A stretch of DNA of 64,000 nucleotides from Bacteroidales bacterium (GCA_004552485.1 SFOH01000008.1:590-64589); one strand, 5' to 3'. Counted from the first letter of the stretch, positions 7,827 to 17,731 are shown. A program made the numbers and translations. Notes: generated by a model from the sequence alone, not told the origin.

Positions 7827-10304
7827 ATGGACAACGAAAATGTATATCCGGGCGCGTTTGAGCGCAAGATTGGTTTTGAGTCGGTTCGCCGCTGTGTGAG
7901 CGAGCGCTGTGTGTCGTCGTTGGGTGCGTCGTTGGTGGAGGATATGTGCTGGCAGACGGACGCGGCGACGGTGCGGAGGCTGTTGGAGGAGACGGCGGAG
8001 ATGGTGGCGGTGGAGGCTTCGGGAGGATTCCCTGGGTTAGGCGACCTGGCTGACCCGGCGCCATGGCTGTTGCCGGCGCGTGTTGAGGGCTCGTTCATCG
8101 AGGGTGGCGAGTTGGCGCTGCTGCGCGGTGCGCTGGCGACGGCGGGCGCTATCCGCGCGTTCTTGGCTGCGGCCGAGGAGGGCGAGCATCGGCGGTGGCC
8201 GCGGCTGAGCGTGGTGGCCGAGGGGCTGGACGATGTGCCGGAGGTGGCGCGCGCCATCAACGCTGTCATCGACGGTCACGGGCAGGTCAGGGACAATGCG
8301 TCGGCGGAGCTGGCGGATATTCGTTCGCAGTTGGGAAGAATCGGCGGGCGCATTGCGTCGGCGATGCGTCGCGTGGTGGCGGAGGGCATACGCGAGGGCT
8401 ACCTGGAGGCGGACACGACGCCGTCGGTGCGCGACGGGCGGCTGGTGATTCCGGTGGCGCCGATGAACAAGCGTCGGCTGAGCGGCATCGTGCACGACGA
8501 GTCGGCGTCGGGCAAGACGTTCTTCATCGAGCCGGCGGAGGTGGTTGAGCTGAACAACCGTCAGCGGGAGTTAGAGATTGAGGAGCGTCGCGAGGTTGTG
8601 CGCATCCTCACGGAGGTGACGGCGCAGATTCGTCCTCACATCGCGCAGCTGCTGACGACGTACGACACCCTCGGCGTGCTGGACTTTATCGGGGCGAAGG
8701 CGCGGTTTGCGCGGGATGTGCGGGCTGCGATGCCGAGGCTGTCGGAGCGGGCGGAGCTGGAGTGGTACGGCGCGCGTCATCCGGTGCTGCAGATGAAGCT
8801 GGAGCGTCAGGGTCGCGGGATTGTGCCGCTGAACATCGAGCTGAAGGCTCCGGACCGCCGTATTCTCATTATCTCGGGTCCGAACGCGGGCGGCAAGTCG
8901 GTGGCGCTTAAGACGGTGGGCATCGTGCAGTATATGGCGCAGTGCGGTCTGCTGCCCACGCTCTATGAGGGTTCGGTGATGTGCGTGATGGACGGCATTT
9001 TTGCGGACATCGGCGACGACCAGTCGATCGAGGACGACCTTTCGACCTATTCGTCGCACCTGCGCAATATGAAGCATTTTCTGCGGAACGGCGGGCGGCG
9101 GACGCTGATGCTCATCGACGAGTTCGGCGCGGGCACGGAGCCGCAGATAGGCGGCGCGATCGCCCAGGCGCTGCTGACGCGTTTCAACGACCTGGGCATG
9201 TGGGGCGTCATCACCACGCATTATCAGAATCTGAAGACGCTGGCGGAGGAGACGCCGGGGCTGGTGAACGGTTCGATGCTCTACGACCGGGAGAAGATGC
9301 AGCCGCTGTTCGCGCTGTCGCCGGGTCATCCGGGGTCGTCGTTCGCCCTGGAGATAGCGCGCAAGACGGGTCTGCCGCCGGAGGTTATCCGTGACGCGGA
9401 GGCGATTGTGGGTTCGGACTATGTGAATCTGGACAAGTATCTGCTGGACATCGCCCGCGACAAGCGCTATTGGGAGAACAAGCGTGAGCGGGTGCGCCGG
9501 CGCGAGAAGCACCTGGAGGAGGTGATCGAGCGTTATGAGAACGACGCGGAGGCTCTGCGCTCGTCGCGGCGCGCTCTGCTCGAGGAGGCTCGCAAGCAGG
9601 CCGAGGAGATTATCGCGGGCAGCAATGCGGAGATTGAGCGCACCATCCACGACATCCGCCGCGCGCAGGCCGACCGCGAGGCCACGCAGCAGGCGCGTCT
9701 GCGTCTGCGTCGGCAGCGCGAGGCGCTGGCCGAGGAGGGCGCCAAGGACGATGTGGCCGACGACAATCCTCTGCTGCGGAAAGCTCCGAAGGCGCGCAGG
9801 AAGAAGGCGGCGCCGGCGACTCCCACGACGGAGAAGCGTCAGCTTGCGCCCGGCGACAATGTGCTCCTCGACGGCGCCGGCCAGCCGGGGACGGTGGTGG
9901 AGCTGCAGGGCAAGAAGGCGGTCGTGAACTTCGGCGCGATGAAGATGACTGTTGCCGCCGAGCGCCTGGTTCCCACCCTGCGCAAGGCTCAGTCGGGGCT
10001 CAAGGCCGCGAGCTTTGTCAGCGCCGCCACGACGGACGATATGCGCAACCGTCAGCTCAGCTTCAAGCCGGAGATTGACGTGCGCGGCATGCGTGCCGAC
10101 GAGGCGCTGCAGGCTGTCACCTACTTCATGGACGACGCCGTTCAGTTTAACGCGGGGCGCGTGCGCATTCTCCACGGCACGGGCACGGGCGCGCTGCGCA
10201 TGGCCATCCGTCAGTACCTGGCGACGCTGCCGGCCGTGCGTGTCTTCCACGACGAGGACGTGCGCTTCGGCGGCGCGGGCATCACGGTGGCCGAGCTGTC
10301 GTAG
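7827..10304 (+). CDS. mutS2: Endonuclease MutS2 (MutS domain V plus C-terminal Smr)
   Basis: 825 aa. Walker A GPNAGGKS, and C-terminal Smr (IDVRGMRADEAL ... ILHGTGTGALR). Confidence 0.93.
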   Translation: MDNENVYPGAFERKIGFESVRRCVSERCVSSLGASLVEDMCWQTDAATVRRLLEETAEMVAVEASGGFPGLGDLADPAPWLLPARVEGSFIEGGELALLRGALATAGAIRAFLAAAEEGEHRRWPRLSVVAEGLDDVPEVARAINAVIDGHGQVRDNASAELADIRSQLGRIGGRIASAMRRVVAEGIREGYLEADTTPSVRDGRLVIPVAPMNKRRLSGIVHDESASGKTFFIEPAEVVELNNRQRELEIEERREVVRILTEVTAQIRPHIAQLLTTYDTLGVLDFIGAKARFARDVRAAMPRLSERAELEWYGARHPVLQMKLERQGRGIVPLNIELKAPDRRILIISGPNAGGKSVALKTVGIVQYMAQCGLLPTLYEGSVMCVMDGIFADIGDDQSIEDDLSTYSSHLRNMKHFLRNGGRRTLMLIDEFGAGTEPQIGGAIAQALLTRFNDLGMWGVITTHYQNLKTLAEETPGLVNGSMLYDREKMQPLFALSPGHPGSSFALEIARKTGLPPEVIRDAEAIVGSDYVNLDKYLLDIARDKRYWENKRERVRRREKHLEEVIERYENDAEALRSSRRALLEEARKQAEEIIAGSNAEIERTIHDIRRAQADREATQQARLRLRRQREALAEEGAKDDVADDNPLLRKAPKARRKKAAPATPTTEKRQLAPGDNVLLDGAGQPGTVVELQGKKAVVNFGAMKMTVAAERLVPTLRKAQSGLKAASFVSAATTDDMRNRQLSFKPEIDVRGMRADEALQAVTYFMDDAVQFNAGRVRILHGTGTGALRMAIRQYLATLPAVRVFHDEDVRFGGAGITVAELS

Positions 10305-10369
10305 TCAACTTTTCGGGGCTGTCCGTCGTTGTAATATGAGAATAAGAACACTCCACATATTGCACAACG

Positions 10370-13300
10370 ATGAAACAGATTATGGACGGATGCACGGCGG
10401 CCGCGTGGGTGGCCTACGCGCTGAGTGATATTGCAACGATATACCCGATTACGCCGGTGGCCTCGATGGGCGACACGGCCGACAAATGGGACCTGGCCGG
10501 GCGCAGGAATGTGTTCGGCACGCCCATGCAGGTCAGGGAGATGGAGAGCGAACTCGGAGCGGCCGGCGCCACTCACGGCGCCCTCTGCGGCGGCGCGCTG
10601 GCCACGACGTTCACGGCGTCGCAGGGTCTGCTGCTCATGATTCCGAATATGTTCAAAATCAGCGGCGAGCTGCTTCCCGCCGTCTTCCACGTGGGCGCAC
10701 GCTCGCTGGCGACGCAGGCGCTGAGCATCTACGGCGACCACCAGGACGTGATGGCCTGCCGCACCACGGGCTTCGCCATGCTGGCGAGCGCGTCGGTGCA
10801 GGAGACGATGGACCTGGCTTTAGTTGCACACCTCGCCGCCATCGAGGGGCGCGTGCCCGTGCTCCACTTCTTCGACGGATTCCGCACGAGCAACGAGCTG
10901 AGCACCATCGAGGTCATCCCTTACGACACCATCTCGCAGCTGGTCGACCGTGACGCCGTCGCCGCCTTCCGCCGCCGCGCCATGAACCCGGAGCATCCCG
11001 ACACACGCGGCTCGGCGCAGGACCCCGATGTCTATTTCCAGAACCGCGAGGCCGCCAACAAATTCTACGACGCCTTCCCCGCCCTGGTGCAGAAGGCCAT
11101 GGACCGCGTGGGCGAGGCCACGGGTCGCACGTATCATCTGTTCGACTACTTCGGCGCGCCGGACGCCACGGAGGTGGTGATTGCCATGGGCTCGTCGACC
11201 CAGGTGCTGCGTGATGTTGTGGAGACGCTGAACGCGCAGGGGCGCAAGGTGGGCTGCGTGGTGGTGCGCCTGTTCCGTCCGTTCAGTGCAGATGCTTTAC
11301 TCAGCGTTATACCCGAAAGCGTGCGCACCATCGCCGTGCTCGACCGCACGAAAGAGCCTGGCGCGCAGGCCGAGCCGCTGCTGCTCGACGTGATGGCCGC
11401 CGTCCAGGAGTCGGGCCGCACGATCCGCGTCATCGGCGGACGATACGGCCTTTCGTCCAAAGACTTCGACCCGGCAATGGCCGTCGCCGTCTTCGACAAT
11501 GCCGCCGCTGAAAAGCCTCTGCGGCGCTTCACGGTGGGCATCATCGACGATGTCACGCATCTGTCTTTGCCGGTCGGAGCGTCGCCGGTGGAGATTGCCG
11601 ACGACGTGCGCCAGTGTCTTTTCTATGGCATCGGCGCCGACGGCACGGTGGGCGCCACGCGTCAGGCCGCTGCCATCATCTCGGCCGAAGACAGCCTCTA
11701 TGCCCAGGTCTACTTCAGCTATTCGGCCAAGAAAAGCGGCGGCTACACCATCTGCAATCTGCGCTATGCCCCGCATTCCATCCGCGCCGAATACTCCATC
11801 GAACAGGCCGACTATGTCGCCTGCAACAAGACCGGCTATGTCACGCGCTTCGACGTCACGGGGCGCTGCAAGCCGGGCGGCATCTTCGTGCTCAACTCGC
11901 CGTGGACGGCCGCCGAAATGGAGAAGCAGCTGCCCGCGGCCATGCGCAGTCAGATTGCCCGCAAGGGTCTGAAGTTCTACAACATCGATGCCACGGCCAT
12001 CGCCGCGAAGGTCGGCCTGGGCCAGCGCGTGGGCGTGATCATGGAGGCCGTCTTCTTCACCATCTTCAAGGCCACGGGCGACACCGCCGCCGCCATCGAC
12101 GCGCTGAAAGGGCTGGTTAAGAAGACCTATATGCACGAGGGAGGCGATGTCGTCGCCCGCAACCTGCAGGCCATCGACATGGTGGCGCAAGCCGTCACGG
12201 AGATACCTGTGCCCGCCGCGTGGGCCGACGCCGCCGAGTCCGCACCGCAGGCTTCCGCCGCTGGCGACACCCCGCTCGAACGCTTTGTCGCAAAGGTCGC
12301 ACGGCCGTGCATGGCCCTCAAAGGCGACACTCTGCCCGTCTCCGTCTTCACCCCCGACGGCGTCATGCCCGCGGGAACGACGGCATGGGAGAAACGCTGC
12401 ATCGCCATTGACGTGCCCGAGTGGGAGCCGGACAAGTGCGTGCAGTGCACGATGTGCTCCGTGGTCTGCTCTCACGCCGCCATACGCCCCGTGATGATGA
12501 CCGCCGAGGAGAAGGGCGCCGCCCCCGACGGATTCACGTCGCTGCCCTGCCACTGGCACGCCGCCAAGGGCATGTTCTACCGCATCCAGGTCTATGCCGC
12601 CGACTGCACGGGCTGCGGCTCGTGCGCCGTCGTCTGCCCCGGTCATGCGCTGACCATGAAGCCCCTGGCCACACAGCTCGACGAACAGGAGCGCCTGCTC
12701 GCATACGTGCAGACCATCCCCTGCAAGGAGTCGCTCATGCCCGACACCTCGTTCCCGGCAACACAGTTGCGCCAGCCGCTCATGGAGTTCTCCGGCGCCT
12801 GCGGAGGCTGCGGCGAGACGCCCTACGTGAAGATGCTCACACAGCTCTTCGGCGACAGTCTCGTCATCGCCAACGCCACGGGCTGCTCCTCAATCTGGGG
12901 CGCCAACTTCCCCAGCAACGCCTACTGCGTCAACAGCCGCGGCCACGGCCCGGCATGGGGCAACTCGCTCTTCGAGGACAACGCCGAATACGGCTTCGGC
13001 ATCGCCAGCGCCTTCGTACACCGCCGCGAGGCCCTTAAAGCCGTGGCCGAAGCCGCTCTCGCTTCCGACGAAACGCCCGCCCCTGTCGCCGACGCCCTCA
13101 AGGCTTGGCTCGAGGCTTACGCCGACACAACCGCGTCTATCGCCGCCTCACAAGCCCTTGTAGCCGCCGTCAAGGCCGCGCCCAACGAGGCTTACAACGC
13201 ACTCGCCGACAACGCCGACATGCTCGCCAAGAAGTCGGTATGGGCCATCGGCGGCGACGGATGGGCCTACGACATCGGATTCGCCGGCCTCGACCATGTC

Positions 13301-13948
13301 CTGGCGCAGAACATCGACATCAACCTGCTCGTGATGGACACCGAGTGTTACAGCAACACAGGCGGACAGACATCCAAGGCCACACCTCTCGGCGCCGTCA
13401 TGAAGTATGCCGCCCACGGCAAACGCACGGCCAAGAAAGACCTGGGCCGCATGATGATGACCTACGGAAATGTCTACGTGGCACAGATTGCCCTCGGCGC
13501 CAATATGCAGCAGACCGTCGATGCCATGCGCGAGGCCGAAGCCTACCCCGGTCCCTCCATCGTCATCGCCTATTGCCCGTGCATCAACCACGGCATCCGC
13601 TCCGGCATGAGCCACTCCATCACCGAGGAGCGCGAGGCCGTGAAGGCCGGATACTGGCAGATCTACCGCTACAACCCGCAGCTCGAGGCACAGGGCCGCA
13701 ATCCGCTGACCATGGACATGGCCGCTCCCGACACCGACGCCGTCCTCAACACATTCCTGGCCGGCGAGGACCGCTATGCCGACCTCACCATGGTAGACCC
13801 GGCCGAAGCACCCGCTCTCCGCGCACGCCTCCGCACACGTCTCCGCACCATCTACGGCGACCTCACCTACGACGCCGCCCGCCGTCCCACAGCATCGCCC
13901 TCATCCGAAGACAACGCCGCCAAGACGACGCCGGCTCAGGCCCATTAA
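10370..13948 (+). CDS. nifJ: Pyruvate:ferredoxin (flavodoxin) oxidoreductase
   Basis: 1192 aa. Two ferredoxin-type motifs (CVQCTMCSVVCSHAAIRP, CTGCGSCAVVCP) and a TPP motif GGDGWAYDIG. Confidence 0.95.
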   Translation: MKQIMDGCTAAAWVAYALSDIATIYPITPVASMGDTADKWDLAGRRNVFGTPMQVREMESELGAAGATHGALCGGALATTFTASQGLLLMIPNMFKISGELLPAVFHVGARSLATQALSIYGDHQDVMACRTTGFAMLASASVQETMDLALVAHLAAIEGRVPVLHFFDGFRTSNELSTIEVIPYDTISQLVDRDAVAAFRRRAMNPEHPDTRGSAQDPDVYFQNREAANKFYDAFPALVQKAMDRVGEATGRTYHLFDYFGAPDATEVVIAMGSSTQVLRDVVETLNAQGRKVGCVVVRLFRPFSADALLSVIPESVRTIAVLDRTKEPGAQAEPLLLDVMAAVQESGRTIRVIGGRYGLSSKDFDPAMAVAVFDNAAAEKPLRRFTVGIIDDVTHLSLPVGASPVEIADDVRQCLFYGIGADGTVGATRQAAAIISAEDSLYAQVYFSYSAKKSGGYTICNLRYAPHSIRAEYSIEQADYVACNKTGYVTRFDVTGRCKPGGIFVLNSPWTAAEMEKQLPAAMRSQIARKGLKFYNIDATAIAAKVGLGQRVGVIMEAVFFTIFKATGDTAAAIDALKGLVKKTYMHEGGDVVARNLQAIDMVAQAVTEIPVPAAWADAAESAPQASAAGDTPLERFVAKVARPCMALKGDTLPVSVFTPDGVMPAGTTAWEKRCIAIDVPEWEPDKCVQCTMCSVVCSHAAIRPVMMTAEEKGAAPDGFTSLPCHWHAAKGMFYRIQVYAADCTGCGSCAVVCPGHALTMKPLATQLDEQERLLAYVQTIPCKESLMPDTSFPATQLRQPLMEFSGACGGCGETPYVKMLTQLFGDSLVIANATGCSSIWGANFPSNAYCVNSRGHGPAWGNSLFEDNAEYGFGIASAFVHRREALKAVAEAALASDETPAPVADALKAWLEAYADTTASIAASQALVAAVKAAPNEAYNALADNADMLAKKSVWAIGGDGWAYDIGFAGLDHVLAQNIDINLLVMDTECYSNTGGQTSKATPLGAVMKYAAHGKRTAKKDLGRMMMTYGNVYVAQIALGANMQQTVDAMREAEAYPGPSIVIAYCPCINHGIRSGMSHSITEEREAVKAGYWQIYRYNPQLEAQGRNPLTMDMAAPDTDAVLNTFLAGEDRYADLTMVDPAEAPALRARLRTRLRTIYGDLTYDAARRPTASPSSEDNAAKTTPAQAH

Positions 13949-14007
13949 TCGCCAACGAGGTTGAACGGCACGGTGCCCCCACTCGTGTTGGTGCGTTATA
14001 AAATCCC

Positions 14008-14150
14008 TAACGCACCGCCACGCGGTGCGCTCTGAAATAATATGCGTGTTACCAGGGGTTTGGCAGCGCTATGCGCAGCCTGCACGCCCTGGCTACCCTT
14101 ATCGCCCGCTACGCCGGCGCCCTCCCCCTCGACATCAAATGCCGGAATCA
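14008..14150. repeat. GC-rich hairpin-rich intergenic repeat (REP/MITE-like), monomer copy A
   Basis: 14011-14118 is about 97 percent identical by eye to 40220-40327. Contains 7-8 bp perfect hairpins (GCACCGC cac GCGGTGC). Lies between convergent nifJ and the U32 gene. Confidence 0.8.
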
Positions 14151-14162
14151 AAGGGGGGAGGG

Positions 14163-15960
14163 TTAGCGGGGGAGGGCGTGGACGGTCATGAGGCAGGCGG
14201 CGCAGTCGAAGCGGAGGGAGAGGGGGCGCATGCCGGGTGTGCGCGGCCGCAGGACGAGGGTGGCGGGCAGGCGGCGCGTGGCCTGCGGGTCGCGGAGGCA
14301 GGCGCCCATCTCGCGGCGCAGGCAGTAGCGGCAGGTCATGACGTGGGTCTCGGCGTCGGCCGCGGGCATGGCGCACTCCATGGCGGGTGCCATCTCGCGG
14401 GCGCCGTGGTCGCGGTAGAGGCGGCGTGCCTGAGAGTTGGCGACGTTGTCGTGGAAGGTGAGTGTCTCCGACCACATTTGTGCGTCCGCATCCTCGGGAC
14501 GGCGGCGCTCGCCGGCGTATGTGGCCGCTGCGGCATGGTCGAGCAGGGCCACGGCGTCACGACGCAGGGCGGCGAGGATACCCGCGGGCACGAAGATGCC
14601 GTCGCCGGGGAGGTCGGTTATCGTGCCGGCCGTGTAGATTGTGTCGCCGAGCTTGGAGAGTGTGGCGGCGCGTACCGCCGTCTGAGGCTTCCGTGCGATG
14701 CCGGGCTCGCACTGTGTCGTGGCCGTGACGGCGCAGCCGCGTTCGTCGCGGAGGTCGAGTGCCAGGCCGCCGGGGATGGCGCGCAGGGTAATGTCGACGC
14801 ATATGAGCCGTCGCGGACGTGCCGCGGCGAGTGTGTCGGCGAACGCCTTGTCGGCATTGCGAAAGAGCCGGGTGCCGGGGCGCAGGTCAACGGGGATGGC
14901 GAGATGGAGGACATTGCCCTCGACGCGGTTCACGCGGAAGCCGGAGAAGCGTCCGTCCTTATCGAAGAAGCCGAGGCCGTCGCCGTTGCTGAGCTGCGTG
15001 GTGAGGCGTGCCGTCACTTGCCGTCCGTTTACGCGCGTCACCGTGCCGACCTCGGCGCCCACCCACTTGGGCGTGAGCATGGAGGCCAGGTGCAGCGACT
15101 TGCCGCCGACGCTGCCCGGGCGGCGCGAGCAGAAGTAGTCGGTGTAGCCGCGGTTGAAGGTGCTGTCCACGTCCGGCGTGAACCCGGCCGCGGAACGTCC
15201 CGCCGAGGCGCGGCGGTAGAGCTCGGGACGGGCAGATTTTGAACGACGACACGCCGGCATCGGCCAGCTCGCCGAGTCGCGCCATGCGGTTCATGTCGCG
15301 CAGGGAGAGGAAGTGGCGGTTGGCCATGATCACATTGCCGTCGGCGTCGGTGAGGTCGTAGGGCAGACGGCAGATTTGCGCGCACTCGCCGCGGTTGGCC
15401 GAGCGGCCGCCGTTCACCAGCGAGGCGCGGCAGTCGCCGCTGTAGCTCACGCACAGGGCACCGTGGACGAAAGCCTCAAGGCGCACGTCGGGTACGGCCT
15501 CGTGGACGGCGCGTATCTCCGCCACCGACATCTCGCGCGGAAGCACCACGCAACTCATGCCCAGCGCGGCGAGGAAGCGCACCTTGTCGACGGTTCGCGC
15601 GTCGCACTGCGTGGAAGCGTGCAGGGCTATGGGCGGTATGTCCATGCGCAGGAGTGCCATGTCCTGGACGATGAGAGCGTCGACACCGGCGGCAAAGAGG
15701 GCACGGACGGTCTCGCGCGCCTGGGCGAGTTCGTTCTCGTAGATGAGCGTGTTGAAGGTGACGTAGACGCGGGCGCGGTAACGGTGGGCATAGCGGCACA
15801 CCTCGCGTATGTCGTCGACGGAGTTGGCGGCGGCGGCACGTGCGCCATGATCGGGACCGCCCATGTAGACGGCATCGGCGCCGCAGTCGATGGCGGCGAT
15901 GGCCACCTCGCGGTCGCGGGCGGGAGCAAGCAGCTCGAGGCTGCGGACTGTCTCTTTCAT
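14163..15960 (-). pseudogene. Peptidase U32 family (collagenase-like) gene, disrupted at about 15225-15240
   Basis: ORF 14959..15960 carries the U32 N-terminal domain up to ...GVSSFKI and then junk. ORF 14163..15260, in another frame, resumes at ...RPELYRRASAGRSAAGFTPDVDSTFNRGYTDYF. The family-invariant EGR after (L/F)KI is absent in all three frames. Confidence 0.75.
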
Positions 15961-16532
15961 TTCCCCTTTTTCTTGCGTACTGAAAAACCGAAGTGACCCA
16001 GCTTCTCGCCCAGGGCGAAGTAGCCGCCGTGGACGTAGGCCATGAGCCCGGCGCGCGCCATGTCAAAAGCGCCCGTCTCAGGGTCGATATATTGCTCGTC
16101 GGCCAACAGCCCTAACACCTCGGCAAGGAACAGGTCGTGGCTGCCGAGGTGTATGATGTCCTTGACGCGGCACTCGATGGCCAGCGGACTCTCGGCGACG
16201 TAGAAGCACGTGTTGGCCACACCTGGCACGGGCGTCAGCCCCGTCTCGCGCCATTTGTCATAGTCGCGGCCCGAGCGCACGCCGCACCAGTCGGTGGCGC
16301 GCGCCATGGCGGCCGTGGTGAGATTGACCGTGAACTGCATCTCGCGGCAGATGATGGCGTGGGAGTGTCGCTCGGGGCGCACGCTGATGCTGAGCATGGC
16401 CGGATTCGTGCACACCGTGCCCGTCCACGCCACCGTCAGCAGATTCGCCTCCTTGCGCGTCGAGCCGCAGCTGACGAGCACGGCCGGCGCGGGATAGACC
16501 ATCGTGCCGGGTTTCCATTGAACGTGACTCAT
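15957..16532 (-). CDS. Flavin reductase family protein (FMN-binding split barrel)
   Basis: 191 aa with LLTVAWTGTVCTNPAMLSISVRPERHS. ATGA overlap with the U32 start. Confidence 0.85.
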   Translation of the reverse strand: MSHVQWKPGTMVYPAPAVLVSCGSTRKEANLLTVAWTGTVCTNPAMLSISVRPERHSHAIICREMQFTVNLTTAAMARATDWCGVRSGRDYDKWRETGLTPVPGVANTCFYVAESPLAIECRVKDIIHLGSHDLFLAEVLGLLADEQYIDPETGAFDMARAGLMAYVHGGYFALGEKLGHFGFSVRKKKGK

Positions 16533-16567
16533 ATCTCAATATTTATTCGGTTTCGTGATTCGTTCCA

Positions 16568-16575
16568 CAAAGTTA
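16568..16575 (-). promoter_or_regulatory. -7 promoter box (TAacTTTG)
   Basis: 36 nt upstream of ATG 16532. Confidence 0.6.
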
Positions 16576-16621
16576 CGACTTTTTCCCCACCCCTGCAAAT
16601 CCGCCGGCTACGTGTAGGCAC

Positions 16622-16653
16622 ACTAAAAAAGGAACGGCTCACGCAGTTCCTTT
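16622..16653 (-). terminator. Rho-independent terminator (8-bp stem, 10-nt loop, T6)
   Basis: Minus strand reads AAAGGAACTGCGTGAGCCGTTCCTTTTTTAG. Confidence 0.65.
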
Positions 16654-16712
16654 CTTAAGAGGTTTCCAATAGGTACAATTTCTAAGGTAAAAAAAGATTG
16701 TTTTAGGTTTGC
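16622..16712 (-). ncRNA. Candidate small non-coding RNA (orphan transcription unit)
   Basis: On the minus strand: -33 TTTG (16746-16749), a 21-nt spacer, then -7 TAccTTTG (16717-16724). An intrinsic terminator follows (AAAGGAAC-10 nt loop-GTTCCTTT plus T-run, 16622-16653). There is no ATG in the predicted transcript. Confidence 0.45.
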
Positions 16713-16716
16713 GGTA

Positions 16717-16749
16717 CAAAGGTAGTAACGATTGTGGCAATGTGCCAAA
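16717..16749 (-). promoter_or_regulatory. Complete TTTG-N21-TAccTTTG promoter
   Basis: Read directly from the reverse complement: ATTATTTGGCACATTGCCACAATCGTTACTACCTTTG. Confidence 0.6.
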
Positions 16750-16948
16750 TAATTTTTTATGTTTTACAGCATGTTTTTTCAGCACATTCTCGGTCTTGCT
16801 CCCGCGAATCCCGCTGTTAATGCTGTTTTTCAAGCGTTTAGGCCCTTGCTTTTGCCGCAATAAACCGCGAATCTCATTAAGTTAAAAATTGTAAATGCAA
16901 GCGTCGTCTCTGTCATTATGCTCAAAAACATGCTTTTAGGCACAGGTT

Positions 16949-17683
16949 TCACACGTCGCTGAGGCGCCACCATGCATAGCTGATGCCGCGGTCCTGCTCC
17001 GGGTCGGTCTTCTCGATGACGCGCAGCCGGCGCACCACCCACAGCGTCACGGGCAGCACGAGTATCTCGTAGGCGGTCTTCAGCACCACTTGCGTTATCA
17101 TGAGTTTGACGATGAGCTCCCAGCCGAATGTGCCGGCGAAAGCCACGGGGAAGAAGATGGCCGAGTCGACGCCCTCGCCGAAGAGAGTGGAGACGATGGC
17201 GCGGACGGAGAAGCCGCGGCCCTGGCTCTTGATTTTCATGCGGCTCATGACGTAGGCGTTGACCATGCTGCCGCAGAAGAAGGCGGCGAAGCTGGCGGCG
17301 AGGATGCGCGGCACGGCGCCGAAGATGTTCTCCATGTCTTTCTGCGCCGTCCACTCGGGTGTCCCCGGCAGCCATATCGCCAACTGGAGCATGAGGCTGA
17401 CGAACAGCGCGGCCGCAAAGCCCAGCCATATCACGAGGCGCGCCTTGCGGAAGCCGTAAATTTCGACGATGCAATCGTTTATAATGTAGGAGATGGGGAA
17501 GACGATGACACCGGCGGTGAGCGTCAGCGGGCCGAGCGGCACGGTCTTTATCTCCATAAGGTTACTCACAATCAGACAGATGCAGAACAGCACTGTCAGC
17601 GCCACGAAGAGCGGCGAGAAGCCCTGACGGGCGGCAGACGCCGGGGTTGCGGCGGCGTCTTCAATCTTGGTTTGGTGTTTCAT
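16949..17683 (-). CDS. yhhQ: Queuosine precursor transporter (YhhQ / DUF165, VUT family)
   Basis: VFPISYIINDCIVEIYGFRKARLVIWLGF is typical of YhhQ. Start taken at MKHQTKIED, directly after the riboswitch. Confidence 0.85.
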   Translation of the reverse strand: MKHQTKIEDAAATPASAARQGFSPLFVALTVLFCICLIVSNLMEIKTVPLGPLTLTAGVIVFPISYIINDCIVEIYGFRKARLVIWLGFAAALFVSLMLQLAIWLPGTPEWTAQKDMENIFGAVPRILAASFAAFFCGSMVNAYVMSRMKIKSQGRGFSVRAIVSTLFGEGVDSAIFFPVAFAGTFGWELIVKLMITQVVLKTAYEILVLPVTLWVVRRLRVIEKTDPEQDRGISYAWWRLSDV

Positions 17684-17687
17684 TGGT

Positions 17688-17716
17688 CTTGTTTTTAGAG
17701 AGGTAGCAAGCACTCT
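17688..17716 (-). promoter_or_regulatory. preQ1-I-like riboswitch aptamer
   Basis: Minus strand AGAG-UG-CUUG-CUAC-CUCU-CUAAAAA-CAAG followed by ACCA-AUG. This gives P1 (AGAG/CUCU), a conserved CUAC loop, an A-rich tail and a pseudoknot P2 (CUUG/CAAG). That is the same layout as B. subtilis queC AGAGGUUCUAGCUACACCCUCUAUAAAAAACUA. The genetic context (yhhQ) is the established one for this riboswitch. Confidence 0.7.
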
Positions 17717-17731
17717 GTTATGTCAAAAGGG

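Noticed and set aside
16750-16948. About 16-nt inverted repeat (AGCATGTTTTTTCAGCA at about 16771 and TGCTCAAAAACATGCT at about 16918) in the yhhQ-downstream spacer, as a possible element boundary.
   Set aside because: The match is short, AT-rich and imperfect, in an AT-rich region where such matches arise by chance. There are no other supporting features.
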